From positions 3,660,001 through 3,724,000 of the forward strand of contig NC_086101.1 of the NCBI RefSeq assembly GCF_963921235.1: a DNA stretch of 64,000 nucleotides. The letters run 5' to 3'. The stretch comes from Mobula hypostoma (Eukaryota). Shown piece by piece: positions 61,078 through 64,000 of the stretch; within the stretch, counting starts at the first letter, position 1, and each line of letters starts with the position of its first letter. The notes below the pieces were generated by a model. It was not told the DNA's origin and did no database searches. It saw only the letters and a list, made by a program, of their open reading frames with translations. The position numbers were made by a program, and so were the translations under genes.

Positions 61078-64000
61078 GTGAACATTTACAATTTCCTTTC
61101 TCAATGTTTGCGAACAATTTTAAGCAATACTTACTCGCAAAGACTGTCTGTAACTCTGGGTGAAGGCATCACTGTCACACGGTCAGCTGGAGATGTCCGA
61201 CCCCTGAACACACCAACACTGGGACACACGACACCCAATACACGGGACTGTTAGATTATCCACTGAATCCTGAACCAACTCACACTGTACAAACATGCCA
61301 AGATATCACCAGGTAATAAAAGCTGGTATCTGTCCTGTGAGTGGGATTGTCATGAAAATACGTACGAGTCCTTCAGAGAAGGAAATCTGCTTCACTCAGC
61401 CTGTCTGACCTGTCCGTGACTGCAGACTCTGGCTGACTCAGGTCTGCCCCCTGCTGGACTCGCGAGTCTCACTGTTATCAAACCCCCACATTGAAGCATT
61501 GTCAGACTGAGCCCGGACACACCTCCCAGCATTGACCTCGGTCAAGATTTCATCTCGGGAGAAGCTCACACATCATTCCCAGCCTGGCAAAGTTCCCTCA
61601 CATACATACACAGAACAATTGGAAGATTATGGTCAAAGCCTCAACAATGAGTCCAAGTGAGAGGAGGATGTACCTCATGACCTGCTCATCTCCTCCCTCT
61701 GTTTCCCTACCTCCTTCCATTTGTTCCATGGTATACTGTCCTCTCCTATCAGATACCTTCTTCTTTAGACCTTTGTCTCTTCAACCTGTCACATCTCAGC
61801 GTCTCACATTATTCCCCCTCCCCCCCCCGCTCCATCTGCCTTCCATCTCACCTGGACTCGCGTATTACCCTACAACTTTTGCTCATCCCACACCACACCT
61901 TCTTATTCTGCATTATGTTGCCTTCCTTTCCAGTCCGGGTGAATGGTCTCAGCCTGAAGTGTCAACTCTTTCATTTCCCTCCGTAAACCGTGCGTGACTC
62001 AAGTTCCTCTGGCATTTTGTGTGTGTGACGGGCAAGATTCCGGTTGTGAATGAACCCAGTGACTGAGATTCTAGAGCCACCAGGATAGAGAGCTCCAAAG
62101 ATTCACACCCCTCTGCGAGAAGAGAGTTCTCCTCTTCTCAATGCGAATTGACATTTCCCTTATTCAGAGTCTGTGAGCTCTGGTTCCAGACTCATCGGCC
62201 AAGGGAAACATCCTCCCTGCATCCAGCCCATCGAACCTTGTTAGAAGTTTATAACTTTCCATGAAATTCATCAACACAGCCAGGCTCCAGGGAGAGATTC
62301 CTCAGGAGGATGATCTGGGTAGGGCTTTGGCAGATGTTTATTCACTGGGATTTCAACACAATTTGTGGCCAGTAAACGTTGAATATTCTGTGGTTGTTCA
62401 CTGAGGCTGCAGTTACAGCTTTAGTTCACTTTTTTTCTCCCCTCCCCACAAATCTGACTGCACTGCGATTTGATCATTTCAGAAGCCGGGATCTCCCTAC
62501 ACTGAATCCCTAGGGTTTCTGCAGTTGTCAGATCCTCGTTCCCTCCCCTCGAGTGGCACTTTTATTGAGTTGAGAAACAGGACATTCAGTGAAAAGCTGC
62601 AATACCAAAGGCAGCAACACCCCCACATCCTCTGTCAATATCTCATTCCAGTCATTGAGATATAAACATGGAATCAGGTCCTTCGGCCCATCTTGTCCAT
62701 ACTATAATTATAAATAATGAGAAGGATAAATAACATTATAAATAATCAAAAAATTTTCACTGATCCTGTAGTGATCTAGATGAACACCTCCACTATTCAC
62801 TATATGACCAATTTTGCTGTCATCTACAAACTAACCATCTATATTCATCTATATTCTCTTCCAAATCATTAATACCTATGAACAGTGGACCCTGAAACGA
62901 TCCCCATGTACACCACTGGTCATAGTGCTCCAGTCTGGACAACAACTCTCCGCCACCACCCTCTACCACCAGATTTCATGTGATTAAACCTTCTCTACGA
63001 GCCTTCCTCATGGAACCTTGTCAAAGACCCTGCTAAAGTTCATGTAGACAATGTCTATTGCCCTATTCTCAACAGTCCTTTCTGTCACCTCATCAAAGAA
63101 ATACTAATTAAATTTATGAGACTATTTTCCCAGGCATAAAACAGAGTTGACTATCCTGAATCAGTCCCTGCCTTTCCAAATGCTGATAAATCTGTCTCTC
63201 AGTATCCATTCCAGTAATTTCCCACCACTGATGTTAGGCTCAGTGGCCTGGAGTTCCATGTCATCCATCATCTTACCTGTGGTGAAATGTGAAGCAAATA
63301 TACCTGCCAGGGCCCTGAATTCGTTCCCTAGTCTTAAGGTACTGAGACAGAGCAGATCACGGTCTGGGGCTCATCCACCTCTAATACTTCCAGCACCTTC
63401 GCTTTTGCACTGTGATATGTTCATTTCCCTTAACTTCTTAGATTCCATGCCTGGGAAATATTCATTTAAAACCTCCCCCATCTCCTTTTATCGATGACCA
63501 CACTGATCCTCAGGGTGCCCTATTCGAGTCAGGGTGTCATACATTTGGCCCAATATCCATGCCGACTGTGTTGCCCAGTGAGTTAGTGCATCTGCCCTCA
63601 TTTGATCCATACCCATATAAAACTCTTGAATCCATGTACTATCCACTGTAGACTCTTTTAAACTTGCTTATTTCCAGCAGCTCGTTCCAAATATGCTCCA
63701 CCCTTCGTGTGAAGAAAATATTTCTGATGTCCCTTTTAAATCCATCAGCTCTGATCTTAAGCCTTTGCACTCTTGTTCTTCACACACCTTCTCTGGGAAA
63801 ATATCTCATTTGGAAGGAGATGGGGACCGGAGTGATAGGGTTGAGGATGGGGCAGTTGATATACAGGTTGATGTATTGTGTAGTGGGACTGTGAGGAAGA
63901 ACAGACAGATGATGGGGCAAAATTGCAGTTGGTGGGATGACCTGTAATCAAACAGGAGAAAAAATCAAAAAGAGTGACCAGTACAGGACTGAAGGTGCTA

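Larger units (their letters stand above)
44032..64000 (+). repeat. Segmental duplication copy 2 (homologous to about 659-15850, continuing off the window)
   Basis: Collinear blocks, e.g. 1386-2550 with 44355-45530, 5780-9275 with 55100-58600, and 12524-15850 with 60599-64000; shared Tc1 and CR1 insertions. Confidence 0.95.

Overview
Eukaryotic, repeat-dense vertebrate DNA. The repeat families (HE1/V-SINE, CR1, Penelope-like elements, Rex/Babar) point to a cartilaginous fish, probably a ray; this is an inference. The window holds two tandem + strand copies of a class IV TRIM gene (RING, B-box, coiled coil, PRY/SPRY; TRIM39/A33/NF7-like) inside a segmental duplication with about a 49 kb offset at the ATG. 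Copy 1 is complete: 6 coding exons, 6040-27617, 471 aa. Copy 2 has exons 1-5 (55359-61077) and runs off the window. Intron 5 of copy 1 carries a very young, antisense, non-autonomous Gmr1-like Ty3/Gypsy LTR retrotransposon with near-identical LTRs, a tRNA-Pro-like PBS, a PPT, a 4-bp TSD, gag-protease, and only relics of integrase and RT. The same intron has a 47-bp minisatellite. Other elements: a full-length CR1 LINE, many CR1 fragments, Tc1, mariner, Harbinger and hAT relics, solo LTRs, and Penelope-like fragments carrying minimal hammerhead-ribozyme motifs. Less obvious signals are four bipartite CTCF-like sites with identical spacing, an ISRE/ETS pair that differs between the paralogous promoters, a duplicated orphan CpG-rich promoter, and a mariner MITE centred in an inverted duplication of its own flank. 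No prokaryotic features or CRISPR arrays are present. All comparisons were made by eye.
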